Source of the DNA: the human T2T-CHM13v2.0 reference genome, Homo sapiens
Assembly: GCF_009914755.1 (NCBI RefSeq)
Contig: NC_060937.1
Direction: 5' to 3' (one strand)
DNA: 64,000 nucleotides
The notes below the pieces were generated by a model, which did not search any database, was not told the origin of the DNA, and worked only from the letters and a program-made list of their open reading frames with translations. The position numbers and the translations under genes were made by a program. Below are positions 30,701 to 45,700 of this stretch, in pieces; position 1 is the stretch's first letter; every line of letters begins with the position of its first letter.

Positions 30701-31219
30701 CTAGAAAAGAAGAAAAATGAGCTACAGAGTATGCTATTGTGTCTTACTTGGATGAAATTTTGAAATAAATTGGCAATATTAAAATGAAGTTTGATTCTGA
30801 TTTTCAAGAGATATTGCTTTCAGATTCTCAACTTATTCAGTATTTTTTAAAAAAACTTTTAATATCTTACTACAAAAATACATTGCATTTTGCATATTGA
30901 TGAGTAACACAACACACTTAAAAGAATCCCTGTTCTCTGTTTCCACAGAGGAGATTTATATAAAATAGGTTGTTTTTTGATTTAGAAACAGAAAGTTTTC
31001 AACTTACTGTATTCACTTGATACAATAAACACAGCTGTCTATAGAAACATCAGCAGTTGAATTATCAAATACTTTCAAGTAAGTCAGAGTGAGATAAATT
31101 TCCTAGACTTTTAAAATTTAACACTCTATGGAATTGAGTGGCCTATTTAAAAAACCTGTATTTTAAAATATTATGTTTATGAATCCCTGAAATCTTACCC
31201 ATTGTGTAACCGTACTATA

Positions 31220-31607
31220 CAGTCATGCACTGTAATGACGTTTCAGTTAACAATAAACACCAGACACAAGAGTGTTTCCATAAGACTATAATGTAATTGA
31301 ATAATTTTTATTGCCTAGTGATGTCATAGATGCCATATTCTGTAGCACAGCACATTATCTTTTCTATGTTTAGATATGTTTACATACATAAATATGTACC
31401 ATTGTGTTACAATTGTCTTTGTTATTCACTACAGTAATATGCTGTACAAGTTTAGCTTAGGAGTAATAGGCTATACCATATAGCCTCGGGGTGTAGTAAG
31501 TTATACCATCTAGGCCTGTGTGTACTCTACAACGGTCAAACAATGATGGAATGGCCTAAAGACATATTTCTTAAAATTTATCCTCATTGTTAAGTGATAT
31601 ATGACTA
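31220..31607 (+). mobile_element. Tigger3/MER7-type non-autonomous TcMar-Tigger element
   Basis: Starts TA|cagtcatgc and ends '...atgact'. Contains 'aataggctataccatatagcct...taccatctagg'. Confidence 0.8.
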
Positions 31608-31611
31608 CATA

Positions 31612-31613
<2 letters not shown>

Positions 31614-31647
<34 letters not shown>

Positions 31648-31663
31648 CATGCATGTGTGTGTG
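31614..31663. repeat. (TG)n microsatellite
   Basis: About 15 uninterrupted TG units plus an imperfect extension. Confidence 0.95.
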
Positions 31664-33144
31664 TTCTAGTTCCTGAGAGTTAGGGACTTAAAATTATCAC
31701 AGGTTAATATATATGTATTCATGTTTTTGTGCATGTTTGTTTGCCTTAGACATTAGGTCAAGCTAAGATTTCCAAATAATCATGTATAAAATAGAAATCA
31801 TTGGTTTAACATTTGTTATTTGTATATAATCAATTTTCAGGGTATTCTCATTACATTGTGGAAAATAATAGAGGAAAAATAGAGACCTTTCATAGACTAG
31901 GTCTATTTCAACTTGTAAACAAGAAGGAATTGCTTTTAATCTGAGACAGTGAAACCACTGCAGAAGATAGGCATTGCTATACGGTAGAGGATGTCAAACC
32001 TCAGACGATTTGACTTTAAACTGGTACATGTGCCAACAGCTTTAACATAGAGAAAGTCTCCGTGTGTAGACATAAATTCGGCTGCCATAACAATTACCTG
32101 TTTGAACAAGAAATGAAACCAGTAATGATAACCCAAAGATCAATAGGTGAGAGGGGTTACTTCTGGTGAATGGCAAAGAAAAAAATAACCTACAGACATG
32201 AGTAAGTGTATAATCATTTACACAGAGAGAGTCAAGAGTAGAAATTTTGGGGGAGATTTGTCTCAAATCCTGGCAAAGAAAACATAAAGAATCTAGAGAT
32301 AAACATTACCACATTAAACTTTGCTTTAGATTGCCTTTTGTTTCATGCTCTATACTCAGTCATGGACCCCTAGATCTTTATGTAGCTGGTTATAGTCATC
32401 ATTATAGGGATAGATAGACACATTTAAAAGCCCATTGGAATTTCTGCATGGCCTTAAGTTATTGTATACTTGCCTAAGACTAATTTCTGTCGGCCAGGAA
32501 GTATTTATTAACCAACTAACTAGAAGAAAACTGTAACTTTATATCTCTAAGTTAATAAAAATGCCCATTAGTAAATAGCATTCTGCATATTTGCATGCCC
32601 CAAACCATCTCATGAAGTTCTTATCCTAAGTTAAAACATACTCTTGTCTATCCATGAAAGTGTTCTTTTAATCCCTAAGGTATAATGTGGCTTTTCTGGC
32701 CACTAATATGGCTGGAACTGAATCCAAACCAAGCCACAAATTTAAAAAAATTCCAAATTACATAGATTACAAATAAATTTCTTACAGTCATTTCCTTGGA
32801 AAGTATTAAACAAAATTGTTTTATTTTTATTATTATTTTCTGACTTTTGGATTTGCAGACTTTTTTCAGTATTGCTGTGCACTGCTTTTTTATACACAAA
32901 GAAGGGTCCTGATATTAAAATTTCCCTTTTTATTCTTACATTTCTTTTTATTTCTTCAGTAGATTTATTTTAATGCAATTCTATTTAAATTATAAAATAC
33001 TAATAGAGTATTCTTTATTCAAAATGCTTGAGACCATTTCTGAACTTAGGATGTTTTGGATTTTTGGAATATTTGCATATACATAATAAGATATCTTGGA
33101 AATAGGGCCCAAATCTAAACACAAAATTTATTTATGTTTCATAT

Positions 33145-33500
33145 GTTAGTTTCATATGTATGTTCATATATATGTTTCATATATATCTTATACATATACA
33201 TATATGTATTCTTATACATATGCACTTATACATAAACATATATATGTATACACGTACATATACAAGCATACATATATGTATATGTATAAATATACATATA
33301 TAAGTATATGTATAGGTATATATACTTATACATATACATGTATACTTATACATATATACCTATACATATACATATATGTATACACATATGTATACTTATG
33401 CATATACACATATGTATACTTATGCATATACACATATGTATACTTATACATATATGTGTACTTATACATATATATGTGTACTTACACGTATACTTATACT
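33145..33500. repeat. Expanded TA/CA-rich alternating purine-pyrimidine repeat inside Tigger4
   Basis: (TATA/TACA/TATG)n with repeated ~24-mers 'catatacacatatgtatacttatg'. Confidence 0.9.
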
Positions 33501-34500
33501 AGCCTGAAGGTATTTTATACCATATTTTAAATAATTACATGCATGAAACAAAGTTTGTGTACATCGAACCATCAGAAAGCAAAGGTGTCACTATCTCAGC
33601 CACCCATGTGGACAGTCTGTGGTTGTTTGACATCATCATTATTTCTTACTCTCAATTTATATGCTATTGATAAGCAATAATTTTCTAACCCTTATTCACA
33701 CATAATTACTTAACAGTAAAAAAGATATATTAATATAGCAAAAAAATAATATATTTAGAATAATTAAGCAGCACAATAGCATCACCAGAATACCTGAATC
33801 ATTCTTTAAACAACAGCAATAACAAGCAACAGCAGTCTCCACCTATGACGCTGTGTTTTGATTAAAAGTTTACCGTTCACTGTGTTTTTATTTTCAAGAT
33901 GAGAAGACACGTCAGAAGCAGGAAATGGGTCCTCTAGGGATTAGGAGGCATTCTGCTAGATGGGTCTTTCAATGTTATTTCTAGAGTCATTTGCCTCGTT
34001 AAGAAACATTTTTGTCTTAAAGTGTTTCTTTCATTTTGAAAACCGAAATGATTTCTTGTTCAGTTATGAACGCAAGCTGCTCTAGTCCTTCAATAAGCCC
34101 ATTATATATTTTCATTATATCATCTCTAGGCACTATTTCTGCAGTGTTGAAGGGGTCATCTTCATCATCACTATTATCACTATCTCCTTGATTCAGAACC
34201 ATTTCAGTTATTTCACTAGTCAATGAATTAACAAGAACTTCATTATTAATGTTAAAAACATCTTCAATGTTCACTTCTTCGAGCTTACTAACACTCTGAA
34301 GGAGTAGTTTTTGCATATGTAAGGAAGTCAGATATCATCTTACTCTCACTTGACACATGGAATCCTTCAAAGTCAACATCTTGTTCTTTATTATCATTGA
34401 AAGTAGTCACAGGCCAGTGGTTGTGCCAGGCATGCTCAACTGTGTCTTTAGTCATCGTGTTCCAAGCATTGGCAATAGCATACATGGCATCCTTCATGCT

Positions 34501-35010
34501 TGTGACACCTAGTTTTAGGTATCCAATTAATTGGCTTAAGGAATACCTAGAAACCTGGTAAAGCATTATTTTTGAGTGTCTTTATGAAGGTGTTTTCAGA
34601 GGAAATTAGCATGTAAGCCTGAGTGGACTGGGTGGGGAATATGTGACCTCAACATAGGAAGACACCATCCCATCTGCTGGAGGCCTGGGGAAAAGAAAAA
34701 CAGAGAAAAGGCAAATATGTTGGTCTATCTTCTAGAGCTGGGATACACACTCCCTCTCCTGTCCATGGACAACAACTCCAGCTCTGCAACCTTTAGACTC
34801 CAAGACTTACATCAATGGTTTGGACTGAGAATTACACCATTGGCTCTTCTTGTTCTGAAGCATTTGGACTGATGCATGCAATTAACATCCTGGGGTCTCC
34901 AGCTTGCAGAAAGCTTGTCATGTGACTTCTCAGCTTCCGTAATCACATAAGCCAACTCTTCTCATAAGTACTCTTTCATATATATATGTATATGAACTCT
35001 GATGAATACA
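34501..35010 (+). mobile_element. MLT2B-like (ERV-L) solo LTR inserted in the Tigger4 transposase
   Basis: TG...CA ends, 5-bp TSD atgct (34496-34500, 35011-35015), and motif 'ggaatacctagaaacctggtaaagcattatt'. Confidence 0.85.
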
Positions 35011-35741
35011 ATGCTGACTTCTTTGAAAGCCTTCTGCACCCTTGCCTTTGTTCATTACTGCTAGCATGCTGCTCAAGAAGGGGTTTTTATATTTACTTGT
35101 TATTGATTATAGATATCTTGGTTACATGGTTGGATGAATGAATTCACATTTGGAAGTATAACTTGTAATGAGTATTTCAGCTAGAGGATGAGCAGACAAA
35201 TTTGTCAAGGAATAACAAAATCTCTCATAATAATGAAGTGGTAGGAAACTTACTACTTGAAAAAAGCAAGGATGCAAGATTTCCCCGATCACAGCTAATT
35301 TACACTTATGCTTGCCTGCTGCATTAGCACATCCCAGTACAGTTATTCTATCCTTAGCAGTCTTAATTCCTGTAGCGGGTGTCTCATCAGCTGTAGTAAA
35401 TGTCTTTCTGGGGCAAGAACACAAAAACAGTGATGTTTCATCAGCGTTATTTACTTGGTCTTGTGTCATATTTTTATCAGCAGTTACTTTGGCAAATCAA
35501 TGAGTTTTTCTGCCGCTTCATGATCAGCAGATGCTTTATTATCACAAATATCTAAAAATGTAATGCCGTGTTTTTTTCTTAAATGTTTGCAACTAGCCTG
35601 TTGAGTATTTATAGTTTCCTTCAATTTTCAGTTCATTGTGATAGACCTTTGCTTGTTTCATGATCAGCATACCATTAAGTTGTATGTGTTTACTGCCACA
35701 CTGATGGATGTACTCCTCTAATACTTGATCTCATTTTTTAG

Positions 35742-36062
<321 letters not shown>

Positions 36063-36904
36063 TATTTTTCATTAACTTCTGTTCATCAATTTCATCCTAG
36101 AACTTTGACAGTTTATCCTTCTGTTTCCTTAGGTCACATGTAGTGGTTATGCTGACATCATAATTTTCTGTAAGTTGTTTTACGTGCACACTGCTGTCCA
36201 GTTTCTCCAACAGCTTTACTTTCTGTGAGCATAAACTCATCCTTTTCCTTATCACTGTTACCCACAGGGGCATCATCCAGGCCCTTTGGACATTTTCAAC
36301 AAAGTCATTTTCAACACCATACAGCAGAAAATAAGCAAGAGCAGTGAGTAATGCACATGGATCTTGGCCCCATGTGGGGCATCGTGTGGAGGCTGCCATT
36401 GACATATTCACCCTGCACACATGGCATTTTATTACCCTTTGTGTGTCTCCTTCATGGGGGAATCCGGGTGTGTGTGGAAAAGATATATCACAGATGAAGA
36501 AGGCTGGAAAGATTATTTTTACCCCTTCAGGATACTAAGTAAACTTTGTGGTATGCACCTGCATTTTGACTGCAACTCATCACATAATGACAGGCGTAAA
36601 ATTTTCCACTTGTGGCATCATGTTGGTGCTCAAAAGTTTCAAATTTGAGAGCATTTTGGATTTCAGATTTTTGGATTAGGTATGCTCAACTTATAGTACA
36701 CATTTAAATAATTTGGGGGTGATATAGAAAAAAAGCCTATTTGTAAAAAATTGTGCTATTGGTAAATTAATTTAGCAAAATTTTAGTATTTTAAAATATG
36801 CAGTGAACAATTGCTTTTCAGGTCAGTTGCTAAAATATGAGGAAATATAGAAGCAAATCTAGAACAAATTAATGTTCAGAAAGATTATGTTAATGTGTTG
36901 ACCA

Positions 36905-37208
36905 TGTTGGAGTTTGCCTGAGCCCTTGCCGTTGGAAAACAGCAAAGATGATAAATTCCCCCACCCTTCCACCTTTTGTGTTCCAAAATGTCTTATCCCA
37001 AAGAACTACTGTATTCCCACATATACTTCAATATTCTTAAGTGACTCAGATACGATTTCTATCCATCTTGCTTGTGATTCCTTTGTTTTATAATATCCCA
37101 GGTTTTCAATCTCTTCCTTGAGATGTTCCCCATTAATGAAGAATCTCTCTGTTGCAATGACCTGAGTAAAATCATCTCCTTAATGGCATGACGCATTTTT
37201 GTCTTTCA
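36905..37208 (+). mobile_element. Possible ERV1-class LTR remnant (MER89/MER110-like)
   Basis: TG...CA ends, 'gcctgagcc...ggaaaacagcaaag', 'ccttttgtgttcc', and a 3' 'gttgcaat...taaaatcatctccttaa' pattern. Confidence 0.4.
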
Positions 37209-37406
37209 CTGTGTTGAATTTATATTATTACTCCTGGCAACTGTCAGTTAGAGAGACAACATGACGGCTAGGGTTCTGCATTTTGAAACCATCACTCTGG
37301 ACATGAAATATACTCTTTTAAAGTAGTGGGTATTTTAAATCTATTTTTAAAAATCAATGTATACATGTACCCTGTTAAAAAAAGAGGAGATTTGGCAGTT
37401 TTTTTG

Positions 37407-38529
<1,123 letters not shown>

Positions 38530-39360
38530 TGAAAACCCTGCTCTACATCATTTATTTGAAAAATAACTAAATATATATTATGTTTTTATAGAATATTTTC
38601 AGAATAATCATTTTATTCCATAAAGGCAGATTGTTTTTCGTTTTGTTTTATAATCATGATTCCCCTTTTCTAGGAGTTATATAATAAAATAATAAACAAA
38701 AACGACCTGGATTCTTGGGTGGAGCTATGCAGCATTAAAGATACAGCTCAACAAATAAACAATTGTACAAATTAAATTTTACCCACAATTCTAAGTGACT
38801 ACATAGGTGAGTAAGCAAGTTGGCCATGATTTTCCTGTAGCTGATGGAACTCTCTAGATTAGCAATAGCCTCCTATCAGCTTTTCTGCATTATTAAAAAT
38901 AAAAATTATACTTTTATTGTAAGATGCGGACCATGCATACCCCAGAAATTAAATTATCAGACCTAAGTAGGATTTACTGTTTTGAAGAATGTTAGCAAAG
39001 TAACATGAGTAGCAAATTTAGTTGATTGGCTAGACGTATGCTAAAAATGTTTCTAGAAAAAAAAGGAACGAAAGAAAGAAAAAAGGAAGAAAGAAAATAA
39101 AGAAAAGTAAAAAGCTATACTAGAAATGATCATATCTTTTAGTTGAGAGTGAGTGACTTCAGTATGTTGCCAATTGTAAGTGCTGCTCTTTGTCATTTAT
39201 GGTATGAGCTATTCTTCTTGAATTCAGAAGTAAATGTAGGCCAACTGGATATACGGTTGTTACTGCTTTAAAAATATTATTCAACAAAATGTGAACAACA
39301 TTTAAATGAGTCATTCGGTTTGGAATTGAAGTCTGAATGCATTTTAAAAACTGAACTATG

Positions 39361-39640
39361 GGCCAGGCACAGTGGCTCATGCCTGTAACCCTGCACTTTG
39401 GGAGGCCAAGGCGGGTGGATCATGAGGTCAGAAGTTCAAGACCAGCCTGGCCAAGATGGTGAAACCCCGTCTTTACTAAAAATACAAAAATGAGCCAGGT
39501 GTGGTGGTGGGCACTTGTAATACCAGCTACTCGGGAGGCTGAGGCAGAGAATTGCTTGAACCTAGGAGGCAGAGGTTGCAGTGAGCCAAGATCGCGGTCA
39601 CTGCACTACAGCCTGGGTGACAGAGCTAGACTCCATCTCA

Positions 39641-39672
<32 letters not shown>
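39361..39672 (+). mobile_element. AluSg-like SINE
   Basis: 'gatcatgaggtc' short form. TSD aactgaactat at 39349-39359 and 39676-39686. Confidence 0.93.
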
Positions 39673-39882
39673 CCTAACTGAACTATACATGAACATTTAC
39701 AATTGTATTTATTTGTATTAAATTATACACTCCACAGCTAACTGTTGAGATAGCTCTTTTTCACAATTCTTCATATCTGCTTTTCAGGATAACCCATCCT
39801 TTAAGGTATGTGTATAAAGAGAGAACCCCTGGCTACTCTTGCATATAAGCAGAATGAATTCTGCCTAATTGAATAAATTAGC

Positions 39883-41245
39883 TGTCTTAATCAATTTCGT
39901 ACTGCTGTAACAGAATACCTGAGATTGACTACTTTATAATGAACAGAAATTTATTGACTCACAGTTCTGTAGGCTGGAAGTCAAATATCAAGGTGCTGGC
40001 ACCTTGTGAGGGCCTTCTTGCTGTGTCATAATGTGGTGGAAGGCATCGCATGACAGAAGTGCAAAGAAAGGGCATGAAACAGAGCAAGACAGGGCAAAAC
40101 CCACTCTCACAATAATGGCATTGGTCCGTACATGAAGTAAGAGCCTTCACGACCTAGACACCTCTTAAAGGTCCCATCTCCCACTATCATCACAATGGCA
40201 ATTACATTTTAACATGAGTTTTGGAAGAGACAAACACAAAACCATAGCCGTCTGCTCCTGGCCCTCAAAACTTATGTTCTTCTCACATACAAAATACATT
40301 CATTCCATGCCATTAGCTCGAAATATCTTAGCTCATTGCAGCATCGGCTTGTAAGTCTAAAGTCCAGAGTTTCATGTAAATCAGATATGGGTGAGACCCA
40401 AGGCACTGAAACCACCTCTGCAGAGGTTGTAACAACGAGAAAATTATGACAGTGAAAGAGATCTGTCCTAACTGACTCCATCTTACCTTTAACCTCCAAG
40501 CTGCCCTTGTTCATTCCTGAGCACAGGCCAAACTAACTTTGGGAGGAATTTAGTTTATACTTACACTTCGAAACAATGATGATAACAGCTCCCTCCCAAA
40601 ACAAACCCTCTCCTGGTCTCGAGACCAGATTGTGTTTGTAAAACTAACAAATTAGCCACAATATTAGAAATTATGCAGTCTGAGGCCACAAGATCATTAA
40701 CCCCCCCAATTGTTCCTATAGCTAACACTAATACTATAAAACCTAACATTGGTGTTTGAGGTATTTTTCAGACCCTGGGTCCTGATGGATCAGCTGGCTT
40801 CACCTAGATCAGTAAACTGGCTCTTCTGATCTTGTGGCCCTACCCAGTAACAGATTCAGCACAAGAGGACAGCTTGACTCCCTGTGATTTAGTCCCTGAC
40901 CCAACAAATCAGCCCTCCCCTTTCCTAGCCCCCTGCCCACCAAACTATCTTTTAAAACTCCTAGCCTTCAAATTTTCAGAAAGGCTGATTTGACTAATAA
41001 TAAAACTCCAATCTCCCATTTAGCTGGCTCTGCATGCATTAAACTCTTTCTCTATTGCAATTTCCCTGTCTTAATAAATCGGCTGTATCTGGGAAGCAGG
41101 TGAGAAGAAACTGTTTTTGGGTGGTTACAGCACTATTTATCCTGAGGCAAAATTACCTCCAGCTGTGAGCCTGTAAAATCAAATAAGTTTTATATTTCCA
41201 AATTGCAATGGTGGAGCAGGCATAAGATAGACATTACCATTCCAA

Positions 41246-41276
<31 letters not shown>

Positions 41277-41915
41277 CAAAAAAAAAGATAACTGGTCTCA
41301 AGTAAGTGCAAATATTAACAGGACAAACAGCATTAAATCTTAAGGTTCCAGAACAACCTTCCTTGACTCCATGTCCCACCACCAAGACACATTGGGGTAG
41401 AAATTGAAACCCCAAGGGCTCATGCTGCCCTACCCCCGAAGTTTTGCAGGGTGTACTCATGCAGAAGCTCTCCCATGCTGGAGTTGCATGCTGATAGCTC
41501 TACAGTTCTGGGGTCTTAGAGGTAACCCCACCATTGTGACTGCACTAGGCATTGCCCTAGTGAGAACTCTGTGATGACTCCATCTCTGTGGCAGGTTTCT
41601 TCCTGGACCCTCAGGCTGTCTGACACACCTTTTAAAATCTAGGTGGAGTCAGCCATTTTTCCACAGCTTGCAAGCTCTGTGAGCCTGCGGAATTAGCACC
41701 ATGTGGACACTGCAAAGGTTTACAACTTGTGCCCTCTGGAGTGGCAAACCAAACCACACCTGACCCTGCGTGAGCCACAGCTGGAGCAGTGCTGAGGAGC
41801 ACTGCACTGGAACGCCAGAGTAAAGTCTCAAGGTGGTACTGGGCAGTGAGCCTGTGGAGGGCACCCCAACACTTCCCTGAAAACCATTTTGCCCTCCTAG
41901 AGCTCTAGCCCTATG
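39883..41915 (-). mobile_element. MST-type MaLR: LTR (39883-40248) plus internal sequence, split by an LTR8
   Basis: MST-like LTR motifs ('ctcacagttctgtaggctggaagtc', 'cacctcttaaaggtcccatctc') followed by MaLR-int ('catacaaaatacattcattcc'). Confidence 0.8.
40407..41129 (+). mobile_element. LTR8 (LTR8A-like) ERV1 solo LTR
   Basis: Starts 'tgaaaccacc', ends 'ggttaca', AATAAA near 41073, and a 4-bp TSD gcac (40403-40406, 41130-41133). Confidence 0.85.
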
Positions 41916-42520
41916 ATTTTATTTTATTATATCAATAGAGTCTAAAATAGCATGCTGAACACAGAAAACCATTTCCTGATTATAATATGATTCAAAAAGG
42001 AATTTAAATCACAATTTGAAATATAATTCTAAAATGAGAAAAACGAACTAAATCTCATCTACAAAATGTGGTCAGAGAACAACATGTATGAAGACATGGT
42101 CACCTATTAATTCCCTTCAGTTATCAAACAAAAATTCATGTATTTACTTTGAAAATATAATACAATACATAATTCAGGATGAAATAGAAGATTCCATAGC
42201 TAATAAAAATGTTCTGTGGGTGGTATTTATTTACAGTCATGACTGAGTTTAAACATTCTCTCATTTAACTAGACAATTTATCATTCAGTTAGGATTTTAT
42301 TTATTAAATATTTATCAAGATATTAATAAGTGTCAGGCACTTGTAAATGCTTAAATACACTTAAATAGATAACTCGATATATATAAGAAAATAGTAAAAC
42401 AAGGTTAATAAGGAAGTTTTAAAAGAAAGGCAGGAAGGGAAAAACAAAAGCAATGGTGGATGAATGGCAAAGAAACTAGAACTTCTTTCTATTAACAAAA
42501 TAACTTTATAACAACTTTGT

Positions 42521-42849
42521 ATTTAATTAATTAATTTATTTATTTATTAGTTTTTGAGACAGGGTCTAGCTCTGTCACCCAGGCTGGAGTAGAGTGGTGC
42601 AAGCACGGCTCACTGCAGCCTCAACATCTCAGGCTCAGGTGATGATCCTCCCACCTCAGCTTCCCAAGTAGCTGGCACTGCAGGCATGCACCACCATGCT
42701 TGGCAAATTAAATTTCTTTTTTTTTTTTTGAGATGGGGGTCTCTCTTTTTTCCTAGGCTGGACTCAAACTCCTGGGTGGGCTCAAGTGATTCTCCCGTCT
42801 ATACCTCCCAAAGTTCTGGAATTACAGGTATAAGCCGCCACGCTTGACC
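42521..42849 (-). mobile_element. AluJ SINE
   Basis: J-type motifs, diverged, flanked by the acaaaataa..ctttataacaacttt duplication. Confidence 0.9.
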
Positions 42850-42873
42850 ACAAAATAATACCTTTATAACAAC

Positions 42874-43184
42874 TTTTTTTTTTTTTTTTTTTTTTTGAGA
42901 CGGAGTCCAGCTCTGTCGCCGAGGCTGGAGTGCAGTGGCACCATCTCTGCTCACTGCAACCTCTGACTCCCTGATTCAAGCGATTGTCCTGCCTCAGCCT
43001 CCCGACTAGCTGGGATTACAGGCACGCGCCACCACACCCAACTGCCCAGCTAATTTTTGTATTTTTAGTAGAGACGGGGTTTCACCATGTTGGCCAGGAT
43101 GGTCTCGATTTCCTGACGTCGTGATCCGCCAGCCTCGGCCTCCCAAAGTGCTGGGATTACAGGCGTGAGCCACCGCGCCCGGTC
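42874..43184 (-). mobile_element. AluSc-type (Sc5-like) SINE
   Basis: 'ggccaggatggtctcga' and 'gactccctg' motifs. TSD tataacaactttt at 42865-42877 and 43185-43197. Confidence 0.9.
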
Positions 43185-43480
43185 TATAACAACTTTTGTA
43201 GTTTCTACAAAGCGTGTTTACTATACCAATGTTTATGATTTCTACATAATAGTATTCAGTTAAAAAAATACTATTGCAATAAAACTTTCTATAATTGAAA
43301 AAATGCTTTGATAAATTTCTCCTTTATTTGAGTTTTTCCAAGAATTGTAGAAGAAGGCAATTTATTTGTCCCCTTTGAAGATTATTTCCTTTATTGGAAA
43401 AACAGGAGCTTCTGTGGAAAATCTATAGTGGTGACGTAGGCTGCAAATTGCAGCTTCGCTGGCTGTTACTGACTGAAAGA

Positions 43481-43494
43481 CCACTAGAGGGCAC
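43481..43494 (+). promoter_or_regulatory. Candidate CTCF binding site
   Basis: CCACTAGAGGGCAC matches the CCASYAGRKGGCRS core exactly. It lies in non-repeat sequence next to CACGTG (43501) and TGACGT (43432). Confidence 0.65.
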
Positions 43495-44098
43495 TCAAAA
43501 CACGTGCTCCGGTGATGTGCTTTGTAAGTCATAAAATGGTTGTATTCCCTATCAAGTCCTAATCACAAGAAAGTAAGAAAAGTGTTTCTAACTAAAATTG
43601 CTTTAACATTTGACTTAATGTTAAAGCAATTAAATTTGTTTGAAAGAACAAAGTGCGAGAAAAATTTTGTTGTACAAATAAAAAAAGGCTCCACTTTAAA
43701 AAATTTTCATTTAGAGCGTTTATGCAAATAGCGATATCTAGGTAAACTTTTATACCTGTGATATCAATAGTAGAATAATGAAATAACCGTAATGGAATGA
43801 TCGCAGGACTTAGAATCAGAATAATAATGATAGATATCATTTATGAGTGCTTAAGAGGTACTACATATTATCCCACAGACTTTATATATAATACTTTATA
43901 TAATTCACTTACACACACATACACACATATGAAATGTGTTACACTGACTCAAAAATATTGTCAGAAGGGATAATGCAGAGGACCAACGAATTGAAGGCCT
44001 TTAAAGTGATCACCAGACACTATGTTGCTAATTGTGTTTTTATAGAAAGTTGTCAGCTCTACAAATTCATATGAACTATGTTAAAACATCACCATTTT

Positions 44099-44483
<385 letters not shown>

Positions 44484-44691
44484 TTACCAAATAGTAAAAT
44501 GTACTATGTAGTTGTTTATGTCTGCCCTTTGTTTAAATTTTTAGCCACCAAGAAGTAAAACTTTGAATTTTAAAACTAAAGATTCCATAATAGATCATGG
44601 TAAGACTGGAACCTGATGGAAAAATGTTCATTAAGTTTCCAAATCATAGTTTTTAGTTCAAATCAATCATTCTACATTAGTTAGAAATATT

Positions 44692-44990
44692 GGCTGGGTG
44701 TGTTGGCTCATGCCTATAATCCCAGCACTTTGGGAGGCTGAGGCGAGTTAATCACTTGAGGTCAGAAGTTCGAGACTAGCCTGGCCAACATGGTGAAACC
44801 CTATCTCTACTAAAAATACAAAAATTAAATGGGTGTGGTGGCGCACATCTGTTATCCTAGCTACTTGGGAGGCTGAGGCAGGAGAATCGTTTGAACCTGG
44901 GATGTGGTGGTTGCAATGAGCCGAGGAGATCAGCCACTGTACTCCAGCCTGGGCAACAGAGTGAGACTCTGTCTCAAAAAAAAAAAAAAA
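44692..44990 (+). mobile_element. AluSx-like SINE
   Basis: Full Alu body with A-tail grading into GGAA/GAAA repeat. Confidence 0.92.
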
Positions 44991-45047
44991 GAAAGGAAGG
45001 AAGGCAGGAAGGCAGGAAGGCAGGAAGAAAGAAAGAAGAAAGAAAGA

Positions 45048-45402
45048 GGCCAGGCGCAGTGGCTCAGGCCTGTAATCCCAGCACTTTGGGAGGCTGAGGC
45101 GGGCGGATCACAAGGTCAGGAGATTGAGACCATCCTGGCCAACATGGTGAAACCCCATCTCTACGAAAAATACAAAAAATTAGCCGGGCATGGCGGCATG
45201 CACCTGTAGTCCCAGCACTTGGGAGGCTGAGGCAGGAGAATGGCATGAACCCCAGCCCGAGCAACAGAGTGAGACTTCGTCAGAAAAACAAACAAACAAA
45301 AAACAAAACGAAAGAGAGAGAGAGAGAACGAAAGAACGAAAGAAAGAAAGAGGGAGAACTGCACTCCATCCTGGGTGACAGAGTGAGACTCTGTCGAAAA
45401 AA
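45048..45402 (+). mobile_element. AluSc/Y-like element with an internal right-arm deletion, followed by an extra Alu 3'-end fragment (45358-45402)
   Basis: 'gaaccc' is joined directly to 'cagcccgagcaacag'. A second 'actgcactccatcctgggtgacagagtgagactctgtc' follows. Confidence 0.85.
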
Positions 45403-45404
45403 CA

Positions 45405-45700
45405 AGAAAGAAAGAGAGAGAGGAGGAAGGGAGGGAGGGAGGAAGGAAAAAAGGAAGGAAGGAAGGGAGGGAGGAAGGAAGAAAGGAAGGAAGGGAGGGA
45501 GGGAGGGAGGGAGGAAGGAAGAAAGGAAGGAAGGGAGGGAGGAAGGAAGAAAGGAAGGAAGGGAGGGAGGAAGGAAGGAAGGAAGGAAGGAAGGAAGGGA
45601 TGGAGGGAGGGAGGAAGGAAGGAAGGAAGGAAGGGAGGGAGGGATGGAGGGAGGGAGGAAGGAAGGGATGGAGGGAGGGAGGAAGGAAGGGAAAAGAAAA
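45405..45700. repeat. Polypurine (GGAA/GGAG)n tract
   Basis: About 290 bp of almost exclusively G/A. Confidence 0.97.

Noticed and set aside
31930-32210. CpG-containing non-repeat stretch with donor-like gtgaga/gtaagt sites
   Set aside because: No convincing acceptor or recognisable peptide, so the evidence is insufficient.
33156-33530. 124 aa Tyr/Ile/Thr-rich ORF
   Set aside because: Translation of the TA-rich simple repeat.
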